This document shows, in pieces, positions 9,447-18,185 of a DNA stretch of 64,000 bases (the first letter of the stretch is position 1; each line of letters opens with the position of its first letter). The translations under genes and the position numbers were made by a program. This stretch comes from Eubacteriales bacterium (GTDB lineage Bacteria > Bacillota > Clostridia > Oscillospirales > CAG-272). The notes under the pieces were generated by a model, which saw only the letters and a list, made by a program, of their open reading frames with translations, searched no databases and was not told where the DNA came from. The stretch is taken from the NCBI GenBank assembly GCA_045659745.1, contig JAZRCL010000073.1, positions 732 to 64,731 on the forward strand. The letters run 5' to 3'.

Positions 9447-10246
9447 TGAGTTTTATCACCCGATTCCGCACACAACTCGTCAAGACTTCCGAATCTGTAG
9501 CCCTGACTCTTTAATTCAATTATCACGTCCTGCATAATAGCCGCATTTGTTGCAGACGTGGGGTGCAACAAAAGCACGGCACCGTTGTGAATATTGTCAA
9601 GAATCTTCTTTTTTGCGACGGTGGGGCTCATTTGCTTGTTGTTATCCCAATCGGCATAAGCAAAGCTCCAGAAAACAGTTTTATAGCCCATCTCTTGCGC
9701 AAACTTTAGGCTATCCTCGTCAAATCTACCCTCGGGAGGACGGTAATACCTTGCAAGCTGCTTCCCTGTTCTCTCAAAACAAGTAGTCTCAAGTCTTTCA
9801 AGCTCTGCGATAAATTCGCTTTGTGTCTTTCCAACCATACAGTCATGTGAATAGGTATGATTACATACCAGATGTCCCTCGTCGAACATTCTATTTATAA
9901 GCTTGGTGTTTTTCTCAATAAGGTTTCCAAGCACGAAAAATGCTCCTGTGACGTTCTGCCGCTTTAGCGCGTCGAGTATTTTTTCTACGTTGCCGTTTTC
10001 GTATCCCGCATCAAACGTGAGATATACAACCTTATCTTGATCATCATCGCCGTGATTTTTGTCTATGCTATAACCGCCGTACTGACTAACAAACGAAATA
10101 TCTCCACCTATTGGCGGTTGAGTGTGGTCTTTTGTACGTTTGCAGTACCACGAAAATGACGTGGCAGACGCGACCGTGGGAAATACAAAAGTACACATAA
10201 GACAAAACGAGGTAATGACTAAAAGTATTTTATTGAGTTTTTTCAT
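9443..10246 (-). CDS. pdaA: PdaA-like delta-lactam-biosynthetic de-N-acetylase (spore cortex)
   Basis: RBS ggaggtg and a signal peptide. YLTFDAGYENGN, GAFFVLGN, CNHTYSH and LLLHP fit the PdaA subfamily. The stop overlaps the downstream start (ATGA). Confidence 0.7.
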   Translation of the reverse strand: MKKLNKILLVITSFCLMCTFVFPTVASATSFSWYCKRTKDHTQPPIGGDISFVSQYGGYSIDKNHGDDDQDKVVYLTFDAGYENGNVEKILDALKRQNVTGAFFVLGNLIEKNTKLINRMFDEGHLVCNHTYSHDCMVGKTQSEFIAELERLETTCFERTGKQLARYYRPPEGRFDEDSLKFAQEMGYKTVFWSFAYADWDNNKQMSPTVAKKKILDNIHNGAVLLLHPTSATNAAIMQDVIIELKSQGYRFGSLDELCAESGDKTQ

Positions 10247-10374
10247 TTTTCACCTCCATAAAGCTTTCTTACTTTATTTTGTGTAGAAAACTGCAATAAA
10301 TTAGAGTGTAAAAAAAGAATTTCTGTATTTTTCTTGGTTTATCGACTTATTTTGTAAAAACGCCAGGTAATCTC

Positions 10375-10403
10375 TTGATTTTTTCAGCGACATAGGTTAT
10401 AAT
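10375..10403 (+). promoter_or_regulatory. SigA-type promoter
   Basis: TTGATT, a 17-nt spacer, then TATAAT (10398-10403), upstream of the VTC gene. Confidence 0.5.
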
Positions 10404-10448
10404 GATATGTGGACATTGAGACCCAAATAATACGGAAAGGTGGCATAT

Positions 10449-11177
10449 ATGGCAAAGCATACGTTTGAACGTCGCGAGAAGAAAATGCTTATTGATAATA
10501 TGCTCGTAAATGATTTTGTCAATGATATTCTTGAATATATGACACCCGACGAATATAACGTGGGCGGCGAGCCGTATATGATAAGCAATATTTATTTTGA
10601 CGACGACGGTGACAACGTAATAAGACATTGCGTATCCAAGCCGCAGTTTAAGGAAAAGCTCAGAATAAGAAGCTACGGAGTACCCGATAGGGATACGAAG
10701 GTATATATCGAGATAAAGAGAAAGCTCAAGGGCGTTGGAACTAAACGCCGCGCAAAGCTTCCCCTTTGGCAGCTGAATGAATATCTTGAGACGGGAAAGC
10801 ATCCTGAGGACATTAAATATATTGACGAGCAGGTGCTCTGCGAGGTGGACTATTACCGCGCGACTTATCACGTATCGCCTAAGATTTACATAAGCTATAT
10901 GCGAAACGCATATTTTGGCAAGGAAGACAAGAAATTCAGACTTACGCTTGACAAAGAAATTACTACGCGAAGATATGATCTAGATCTCTCGCTCGGAAGC
11001 TACGGCGAGCAGCTTTTACCCGAGGGCAAAACTCTGCTTGAGGTAAAATTCGAGGGAGCGGTTCCCTTGTGGTTTGCCCGCGTAATGAGCAAATATTCCC
11101 TTTCGTTTATTCCGTATTCCAAATACGGAATAGAGTTCAAGCAAACACAAAGAAAACAGAATTTTTCGGAGGTTTAA
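10449..11177 (+). CDS. VTC-domain (polyphosphate-polymerase-like, CYTH/TTM fold) protein
   Basis: I chose the ATG at 10449, with a ggaaaggtgg RBS 5 nt upstream; the track start at 10440 is GTG. FERREKK, ISNIYFDD, KLRIRSY, IEIKRK and LLEVKFEG match the alternating-charge beta-strand pattern of bacterial VTC domains. Confidence 0.75.
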   Translation: MAKHTFERREKKMLIDNMLVNDFVNDILEYMTPDEYNVGGEPYMISNIYFDDDGDNVIRHCVSKPQFKEKLRIRSYGVPDRDTKVYIEIKRKLKGVGTKRRAKLPLWQLNEYLETGKHPEDIKYIDEQVLCEVDYYRATYHVSPKIYISYMRNAYFGKEDKKFRLTLDKEITTRRYDLDLSLGSYGEQLLPEGKTLLEVKFEGAVPLWFARVMSKYSLSFIPYSKYGIEFKQTQRKQNFSEV

Positions 11178-11183
11178 TAACAG

Positions 11184-11873
11184 ATGCAAGAATTTTTGAA
11201 TAAAGTACTAACTTACCTTGATATTTCAACTATCACGGTTGGAATTGCGTTAAAGACCATTGTTTCTGCCGTGGTGCTTTGCTTGCTGATTTCGCTCGTG
11301 TACATATTTACTCATAGAAAAACGGGATTCCCTTCCTCAATGATAATTTCAATATTGCTTATGGGCCCAGTTGCATCAATAATTATCGTTTGTATCGGAA
11401 GCAACCTTGCAAGAGCTATTTCTATCGGTGGAGGCCTTGCTCTTATACGTTATAGAAATACTGTTGAAGACCCCAAGGACCTCGTGTATCTTTTCCTCTC
11501 GCTCGCTGTTGGTATGGCGTGTGGCACAGGTTTTATCGGATACGGCGCGCTTGCTGTGGGAATAATCCTGGTTGTTCTTCTTATCGCTAACCTTACAAAA
11601 TTTGATTCTCTTGGAAGCAACGTTATGAAGCTTACTATAGTAGTTCCCGAGAATCTGGATTTTGACGGAGCATTTGATCCCGTACTGAAAAAATACTGCA
11701 GATATTTCCACCTTGAAAAGATAAAGACAACGGACTATGGAACACTGGCCGAGCTTCATTATAGAGTCAAGCTCAAGGATACATCAAAGCAGAAGATGCT
11801 TATAGATGAGATAAGAGAAAGAAATGCTAATCTTAACGTTACCGTAGTCAGAAAAGCTACAGACAGATATTGA
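11184..11873 (+). CDS. DUF4956-domain membrane protein
   Basis: RBS ggagg. GGGLALIRYRNTVEDPKDLVYLFLSLAVGMACGTG matches the DUF4956 signature. It lies 6 nt after the VTC gene. Confidence 0.75.
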   Translation: MQEFLNKVLTYLDISTITVGIALKTIVSAVVLCLLISLVYIFTHRKTGFPSSMIISILLMGPVASIIIVCIGSNLARAISIGGGLALIRYRNTVEDPKDLVYLFLSLAVGMACGTGFIGYGALAVGIILVVLLIANLTKFDSLGSNVMKLTIVVPENLDFDGAFDPVLKKYCRYFHLEKIKTTDYGTLAELHYRVKLKDTSKQKMLIDEIRERNANLNVTVVRKATDRY

Positions 11874-11881
11874 TACAATAT

Positions 11882-11917
11882 AAAAATCCGCAGTTTTCTG
11901 CGGATTTTTGTTTTTTT
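11882..11917 (+). terminator. Rho-independent terminator
   Basis: aaaaatccgcag / ctgcggattttt stem followed by a long T-tract. Confidence 0.85.
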
Positions 11918-12019
11918 GATGAAATATTTTTGTTTTTACCCTATACAAAAACTTTAATATATGATATAATAAATATAATAGTGTGCACTTTTATATTTAA
12001 TGCTTGAAAGGACAGAAAA

Positions 12020-12877
12020 ATGGCTGACTACAGAAACAACGGAAGCAAAAAATTTCGCTCGGATAATAAGACTTCGCACAACGATTACAAAAAGAAAACA
12101 GATAACAACAAATATACAAAGAGCCCCGACACTCAGACAGAAGCGCAGGAGGGACTTATTATAGGCAGAAATGCGGTCAGAGAGCTTCTCCGCTCGGGAC
12201 GTGACATTGATAAGCTTTTGGTCCAAAAAGGCAACCGCGAGGGTTCTATCGTGGTTATCGTGGCAGAGGCTATTGAACGTGGTATTCCCGTTGTTGAGTC
12301 GGATAAGGCAAAGCTTGATGCTATGTGCGGCTTTGTTCCCCATCAGGGCGTTATAGCTATGGCATCCGAGAAGGAATACTGTTCTGTTGATGACATACTT
12401 GCTATTGCAGAGGAACGCGGCGAGGCTCCGTTTATCGTAATTGCGGACGGCATTACCGACCCGTATAATCTTGGTGCTCTTATCAGATGCGCGGAGGGCG
12501 CAGGAGCTCACGGACTTATTATTTCCAAGAGACGCGCAGTGGGACTTACTCCCCTGGTTGCGAAGTCCAGCACGGGAGCTATCGAGCATCTTGCTATAGC
12601 AAAGGTAGCCAATATTGCAAATACCGTGCGTTCACTCAAGGAAAAAGGTATCTGGGTGTTTGCCGCGGAGGCGGGAGGAACACCTTATTACGAGACTAAC
12701 TTCAAGGGCGCTTGCGCACTTGTATTTGGCAGTGAGGGCAACGGAGTATCCCCTGTCGTAGTTGAAAATTGCGACGGACTTACGTCTATACCTATGTACG
12801 GACACGTAAATTCCTTTAACGTATCTACTGCCGCGGCGGTAATTCTTTGCGAGGCGGCAAGACAAAATAAAGCATAA
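12020..12877 (+). CDS. rlmB: 23S rRNA (guanosine-2'-O)-methyltransferase RlmB with a basic N-terminal extension
   Basis: GRNAVRELL (the SpoU substrate-binding domain), ITDPYNLGALIRCAEGAG, LVFGSEGNG and SFNVSTAAAVIL. Confidence 0.85.
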   Translation: MADYRNNGSKKFRSDNKTSHNDYKKKTDNNKYTKSPDTQTEAQEGLIIGRNAVRELLRSGRDIDKLLVQKGNREGSIVVIVAEAIERGIPVVESDKAKLDAMCGFVPHQGVIAMASEKEYCSVDDILAIAEERGEAPFIVIADGITDPYNLGALIRCAEGAGAHGLIISKRRAVGLTPLVAKSSTGAIEHLAIAKVANIANTVRSLKEKGIWVFAAEAGGTPYYETNFKGACALVFGSEGNGVSPVVVENCDGLTSIPMYGHVNSFNVSTAAAVILCEAARQNKA

Positions 12878-12908
12878 TTTTTATTAAAAAATAATGGGAG
12901 GTGAGGAA

Positions 12909-15900
12909 ATGGGCAAAAAGAAAGCTTCTGGCAACAATGATATGACTGCAATTTTGAATCAGCTGCAGAAAAACTACAGTGTCGATGGCGAAGACGATAT
13001 TTTTGAATCAGAGACTGCTTATGAGGACACAGAGCTTAGTGATCTTCTTGCCAAAATCCTCTCTGAGAATGATGTGAGCGATGATTCGCTCGATAATGAG
13101 GAAGAACTCGACTTGAACGAGGATAATGCCGCAAGCTCTAAACGAAAGCAGAAAAAGAGCAAAAAGTCGGGGGGCTCTGACGTATCCACCGACATTCAAA
13201 ATATTATTATGTCCGAAGAATATATCTCTGTTCTTCGTGACTGCGAGGCAGACCTTGATAGCGGAAATGAAAGCTCTGAGCATTCTGAGCCTCAAAACGT
13301 AGAAGAAAAATCCACTGAGGGTAGCCAACCTGAGATGGAGATAGCTCCTGAGATTCAGCCCGAGCAGATTTCTACTGAAAGTCGCGTCAGCTATGAGATA
13401 CAGCAGACAATTGTTGAAGAGCCTGCCATGGAGGAAGCAGTTGTTGCTTTTAAGGAAGTTGATGGCCAAGAAAGCGAAATTGACAATTATGAAAGCGACA
13501 TTGATGAAATGCTGACGTTCGGCGACCTCGATGATGATGAAGGAGACGTTGACGACAACCTTACATTCGGCGACCTCGATGATGATGAAGGAGACGTTGA
13601 CGACAACCTTACATTCGGCGACCTCGATGATGAGAAAGAAGACGTTGACGACAACCTCACGTTTGGCGACCTGGATGATGAGGAAGAAGACGTTGACGAC
13701 AACCTCACGTTTGGCGACCTCGATGATGAGGAAGAAGTTGACGACAACCTTACGTTCGGCGACCTGGATGATGAGGAAGAAGATGTTGACGACAACCTTA
13801 CATTCGGCGACCTCGATGATGAGGAAGAAGATGTTGACGATAATCTCACGTTTGGCCACCTCGATGATGAGGAAGAAGACGTTGACGATAAGCTCACATT
13901 CGGCGACCTCGATGATGAGGAAAGTGAAAAGGACGAGGATGTTCCCTTTGCTGACGTTGATGAAAACGTCGAAGATGTAATTGCGGCAGATGTTGAAAGC
14001 TCTGTTGAAGATGATGTTGTAGAGTTTACTTGCGAATTTGCACGGCTTGATGCTGTTGAAAATCAGGAGGAAACTCAATCATTTGACAAAACAAGTATTA
14101 TAAAACAAGAAGCATCTGAACCTGAAACAGAAAAGAAATTCTATTACACTGTTCTTGAGGAAATGAGCCTTGAGGATGAAACTAACAGCTCGGAAGAATA
14201 TACTGCACCGCAGGAACAGAAAATAGAAGAAATTGAGGAGCACGAAGAAAAGTCCCAGGCGTCTATTCAACCTCAAGAAGAAGTTTACATAGTTCTATCA
14301 AACGAATCCTATACGGATGATCCGTTGCAGTGGCATCTTGGTAGAGTGCAGACCAGATTGACTGACAATACAGAGGATGATGATATACAGGAGACTCAAA
14401 AAAAGTCTGTCGAGATAGGGGACGATGATATTTCCCTTTTGCTTCAGCTTGGATATAAGGATGAGATTGCATCCGAGGTTGGACAGGAACGAACAGAGTC
14501 TGTCGTCCACAGTATAAGCAATTCATACCGACCTGACAAAAATAAAATTCCATTTGGCTTTTGCGGGAAAGAATTTTTTGATGGCAGTCAGATTGATAAG
14601 ATAAAGCAAAGATACGATTATGACAAGAGAGCTATAATAATAAAGCTTGCATTGTTTTCATGTGTTTCAGTCGTGCTTTTGCTTCTTGGCATGCTTTTCA
14701 AAAATTACACAACGGTAAATTCAGTCATAATGTTCTCTGTTATGGAGCTTATGATATTGTCACTTGGAAGCTTTGTAATGCATAAAGAGCTGCTTTCTGG
14801 AATAAAAGGAGTGTTTAAGTTCTCCCCCACTGTGTTTACTATCCCCGTGATTTCGCTTTTTGTGCTGACAGCATTTGATATTTTCAACATAATTATAGGT
14901 ATCGTGAACCCCAATAATATAACGGTATCGACTACCTCGTTGTTTGGATTTACAACCTCTGTATTTTTCATGTTTGCTCTTGTCGTTGAGCTTATTAACT
15001 GCGTGCGAGAGCAAAGGACGTTTAATATTATTTCTGCATCAGAGGAGCTTTACACGGCAGAAACGCTTGTTTCCCAGCAAGGTGATAAATCAGGTATCAA
15101 CAATTTGCGTTCTCACGAGATACGAAAGCAAGTCAAAGGAAATGCAGTCATTGTAAAGAAAACAAGGTATATATCAGAATATTTCAAGAGATGCTCCGAG
15201 TCCTCTTACGGCATAAGAAATATTATGCTTATTTTGGGTGTAGTTACGCTAACGGCTGTGATGCTCGCATGCATAATTATCTCTATGGGACGCACGGCGG
15301 CTGACGTTGCTTCAACTGTTATTTTTGCATTTTATATGTGTCTGTCTGCATCTTTAGTGCTCACAATGCCCGTGACGCTCTTTGCGGCATCCCAGACTCT
15401 TGTGAAGAAAAAATGTGCAATAATAGGCACGGGAGCAGTGTCTGAGTATTCAGATATCAATTCTGTCATATTCCCTGATTCGGTTGCATTCAAGATAAAT
15501 AAAGATATTGAGGTTGTTCCATTTGGCGATGCTGATATGAATTCGTCAATAAAGACGGCAAACAGACTGTTCTCGGCACTTGGCGGCACTATGTCGAAGA
15601 TAGTTGGAGAAAATTCCTTCAACAAGGATTTGTCTGTAAGCGAGGCGGATATAAATATCGCGTCTGTGGACGATAACGGCATAGAGCTTTATATGGATAA
15701 CGACACTCATATATTGATTGGAAACGAGAAATTTGTCTATGAGCGACGCCATCAGCTTGGCTTTGATGCATGCGACCTTATTCCCTCTGCAATAAGTGCA
15801 GGACGTGAGGTAGTGTATCTCGCAATAAATGGAACTGTATGTCTTGGATATATCATGTCGCTTGGCGTCAATACGGAGTTTACGGACAAGGTCAAGCTTC

Positions 15901-16310
15901 TTGCAAAGAACCGTATTAAAACGTATGTTTCAACATACGAGCCGCACATAAAGGCAAAACGTTATAACGATTGCAAAATAGGAGTTTACAGACCGTATGA
16001 TCACGATTCTCCATCAAAGCCCTCGTCGCGCTATGGTGGCATTGTGGCATCGGGAGATGCAAAAAATATTACTTATCCTTTGATAATGACGTCGGAAATT
16101 CTTAAAATGTCGAGAAATTCCTCTAAAGTATCTATGTTGTTTATGCTTGGGGGTATAGTAATATCGTTTGCAACAACACTTGTTGGATACCTTGCGCCAG
16201 GCGCGCTTGGGCTTCTCAGACACAGAGATGTATTTACACTCATAATTCAGCTTCTCGGAGCAATACCTCTTACGGTAAGCGCGATAAAGCTTTGGAAAAA
16301 GTACAAGTAA
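12909..16310 (+). CDS. Large chimeric membrane protein: hyper-acidic repeat-containing N-terminal region (about 570 aa) plus a degenerate P1B-type-ATPase-like membrane core
   Basis: I chose the ATG at 12909, with a gggaggtgagg RBS; the ATG at 12894 lies inside that RBS. This is one uninterrupted frame. The C-terminal about 560 aa follow the CopA/ZntA order of TM helices and P/N-domain blocks. At the motif positions CPC reads YMCLSAS, DKTGT reads FPDSVAF and GDGxND reads SGDAKN. Confidence 0.7.
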   Translation: MGKKKASGNNDMTAILNQLQKNYSVDGEDDIFESETAYEDTELSDLLAKILSENDVSDDSLDNEEELDLNEDNAASSKRKQKKSKKSGGSDVSTDIQNIIMSEEYISVLRDCEADLDSGNESSEHSEPQNVEEKSTEGSQPEMEIAPEIQPEQISTESRVSYEIQQTIVEEPAMEEAVVAFKEVDGQESEIDNYESDIDEMLTFGDLDDDEGDVDDNLTFGDLDDDEGDVDDNLTFGDLDDEKEDVDDNLTFGDLDDEEEDVDDNLTFGDLDDEEEVDDNLTFGDLDDEEEDVDDNLTFGDLDDEEEDVDDNLTFGHLDDEEEDVDDKLTFGDLDDEESEKDEDVPFADVDENVEDVIAADVESSVEDDVVEFTCEFARLDAVENQEETQSFDKTSIIKQEASEPETEKKFYYTVLEEMSLEDETNSSEEYTAPQEQKIEEIEEHEEKSQASIQPQEEVYIVLSNESYTDDPLQWHLGRVQTRLTDNTEDDDIQETQKKSVEIGDDDISLLLQLGYKDEIASEVGQERTESVVHSISNSYRPDKNKIPFGFCGKEFFDGSQIDKIKQRYDYDKRAIIIKLALFSCVSVVLLLLGMLFKNYTTVNSVIMFSVMELMILSLGSFVMHKELLSGIKGVFKFSPTVFTIPVISLFVLTAFDIFNIIIGIVNPNNITVSTTSLFGFTTSVFFMFALVVELINCVREQRTFNIISASEELYTAETLVSQQGDKSGINNLRSHEIRKQVKGNAVIVKKTRYISEYFKRCSESSYGIRNIMLILGVVTLTAVMLACIIISMGRTAADVASTVIFAFYMCLSASLVLTMPVTLFAASQTLVKKKCAIIGTGAVSEYSDINSVIFPDSVAFKINKDIEVVPFGDADMNSSIKTANRLFSALGGTMSKIVGENSFNKDLSVSEADINIASVDDNGIELYMDNDTHILIGNEKFVYERRHQLGFDACDLIPSAISAGREVVYLAINGTVCLGYIMSLGVNTEFTDKVKLLAKNRIKTYVSTYEPHIKAKRYNDCKIGVYRPYDHDSPSKPSSRYGGIVASGDAKNITYPLIMTSEILKMSRNSSKVSMLFMLGGIVISFATTLVGYLAPGALGLLRHRDVFTLIIQLLGAIPLTVSAIKLWKKYK
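13497..13925 (+). repeat. In-frame tandem repeat: nine copies of a 48-bp (16-aa) unit, consensus DVDDNLTFGDLDDEEE; one copy is 45 bp
   Basis: Read directly from the sequence. The units start at ORF aa 202, 218, 234, 250, 266, 282, 297, 313 and 329. Copies differ mainly at synonymous sites (ttc/ttt, ctc/ctg, aca/acg). Confidence 0.95.
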
Positions 16311-16325
16311 TTTTAAGGAAATAAT

Positions 16326-18185
16326 ATGAATCAGAAATTTAATGAAATTTTGAAGCAAGTTTCAAAGCCCGGACGTTATTCAGGCGGAGAGTACGGTCAG
16401 ATAATAAAGGACAAGGCAAATATCAAAGCAAGATTCGCCTTTGCATTTCCGGATACATATGAGATAGGAATGTCAAATCTCGGAAGCAGAATTCTCTATA
16501 ACTGTCTTAATAACGAAGAAGACATCTGGTGCGAGAGAGTTTATGCTCCCTGGACGGATATGCAAGAGAAAATGCGCGAGCATAATATTCCCCTCTGGGC
16601 GCATGAAAGCAAGGACGCGGTATCCGAGTTTGATTTTCTCGGTTTCACACTTCAGTATGAAATGTGCTACACAACCGTCCTCAATATGCTTGAGCTTTCG
16701 GGTATGCCTCTGCGCTCACGCGACAGAGACGAGAGCTTTCCTCTCGTTATTGGCGGCGGTCCTTGTGCGTATAACCCCGAGCCTGTTGCAGACTTTTTTG
16801 ACCTGTTCAATATAGGCGAGGGCGAGCATATGCTCGTTGAGATAGTGCGCCTTTATATTAAGATGCACGATGAGGGCAGATATACCAAGGCGGATTTTCT
16901 GCATGAGGCGGCAAGGACTATAAAGGGAGTTTATGTTCCCTCTCTCTATACCGTAGAATATAACGAGGACGGCACGATAAAGGCATATACGCCTATATAC
17001 GAAGACATCCCCACAAAAATTGAAAAGCGCATTATAGAGGATATGGATACGGCGCTGTTTCCCGAAAAGGTGGTTATGCCGTACACCGAGGTTGTTCACG
17101 ATAGAATAATGCTTGAGGTCTTCCGAGGCTGTATCCGTGGATGTCGCTTCTGCCAGGCGGGTATAATCTACCGCCCTGTGCGCGAGAAAACTCCCGAGCT
17201 GCTCAACAAGCAGGCACAGTGCCTGTATGAAAATACGGGATATGAGGAAATATCTCTGTCATCTCTCTCTATAAGCGACTATACGGGACTTCCCGAGCTT
17301 ACGGACAAGCTTCTGGACTGGACTGTTGACAATATGGTAAGCTTTTCGCTGCCTTCGCTTCGAGTAGATAGCTTCAATAAGGAGCTTATGGACAAGGTGG
17401 CATCGGTGCGCTCGTCTTCTCTTACCTTTGCGCCCGAGGCGGGCACGCAGAGACTTCGTGACGTAATAAATAAAAACGTCTATGAGGACGATCTTATGCG
17501 TGCGGTGAACGTAGCGTTTGACGGCGGCAAGCATCAGGTAAAGCTTTACTTTATGCAGGGACTTCCCACGGAGACTGACGAGGACCTTCGCGGTATTCCC
17601 GACCTTGCTAAAAAGGTTATCGAGGCATATTATGCGAACCCAAACAGAAACCGTGCAAAGCAGCCCTCGGTAACATTCAGTGTTTCCTGCTTTATTCCCA
17701 AGCCCTTCACCCCCTTCCAGTGGGAGCCTCAGGATAGCCTTGAGGAGCTTTACAGAAAGCAGGAATTTATTGGCGAGTGCGTGACTGACCGCAAGATCAG
17801 ATATCAGCACCACGATGCAGAAACCTGCCGTATTGAGGCGGTGCTTGCGCGTGGCGACAGACGTCTGTCGGACGCGCTTGAGCTTGCATGCAAGGAAGGC
17901 TTTACGTTTGACGCATGGAGCGAATTTTTCGACTACAATAAATGGATTTCCGTATTTGAGCGCACGGGAATAGACCCCGCGTTCTATGCTAACAGAAGAT
18001 GGTCTTACGACGAGGTTTTGCCGTGGGATATTATTGACTGCGGAGTTACAAAGGAATTCCTTATCCGCGAGAGCAAAAAGGCGCACGAGGGTGTATCTAC
18101 TCCCAACTGTCGCGAAAAATGCTCGGGCTGCGGAGCAAATAAGCTTGGAGGTGAGAGAACGTGTTGTCCAAAGATCAAGAAATAA
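16326..18185 (+). CDS. TIGR03960-family B12-binding-domain radical SAM protein
   Basis: RBS aagga. The CIRGCRFCQAG radical-SAM cluster motif is present. Size and the N-terminal KPGRYSGGEY opening are typical of this family. Confidence 0.85.
   Translation: MNQKFNEILKQVSKPGRYSGGEYGQIIKDKANIKARFAFAFPDTYEIGMSNLGSRILYNCLNNEEDIWCERVYAPWTDMQEKMREHNIPLWAHESKDAVSEFDFLGFTLQYEMCYTTVLNMLELSGMPLRSRDRDESFPLVIGGGPCAYNPEPVADFFDLFNIGEGEHMLVEIVRLYIKMHDEGRYTKADFLHEAARTIKGVYVPSLYTVEYNEDGTIKAYTPIYEDIPTKIEKRIIEDMDTALFPEKVVMPYTEVVHDRIMLEVFRGCIRGCRFCQAGIIYRPVREKTPELLNKQAQCLYENTGYEEISLSSLSISDYTGLPELTDKLLDWTVDNMVSFSLPSLRVDSFNKELMDKVASVRSSSLTFAPEAGTQRLRDVINKNVYEDDLMRAVNVAFDGGKHQVKLYFMQGLPTETDEDLRGIPDLAKKVIEAYYANPNRNRAKQPSVTFSVSCFIPKPFTPFQWEPQDSLEELYRKQEFIGECVTDRKIRYQHHDAETCRIEAVLARGDRRLSDALELACKEGFTFDAWSEFFDYNKWISVFERTGIDPAFYANRRWSYDEVLPWDIIDCGVTKEFLIRESKKAHEGVSTPNCREKCSGCGANKLGGERTCCPKIKK

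Noticed and set aside
13497-13925. Tandem array considered as a CRISPR or non-coding minisatellite.
   Set aside because: There are no unique spacers. The units abut directly, are multiples of 3 nt and sit in-frame inside a long ORF.
13008-14078. Long antisense ORFs across the acidic repeat: 356 aa at 13008-14078 (-) and 136 aa at 13487-13897 (-). A 149-aa same-strand, out-of-frame ORF lies at 13531-13980 (+).
   Set aside because: They are by-products of the GAT/GAA-rich repeat on the sense strand, which yields stop-free alternative frames. Their products are monotonous repeats (SSSS, IIEVA). They have no RBS, and the sense frame is part of a 1133-aa ORF.
18161-18185. The 25-nt overlap of the two radical-SAM-system genes considered as a frameshifted pseudogene of a fused protein.
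   Set aside because: The downstream frame has its own strong RBS (ggaggtgag) and a GTG start at proper spacing. Both products look full-length.
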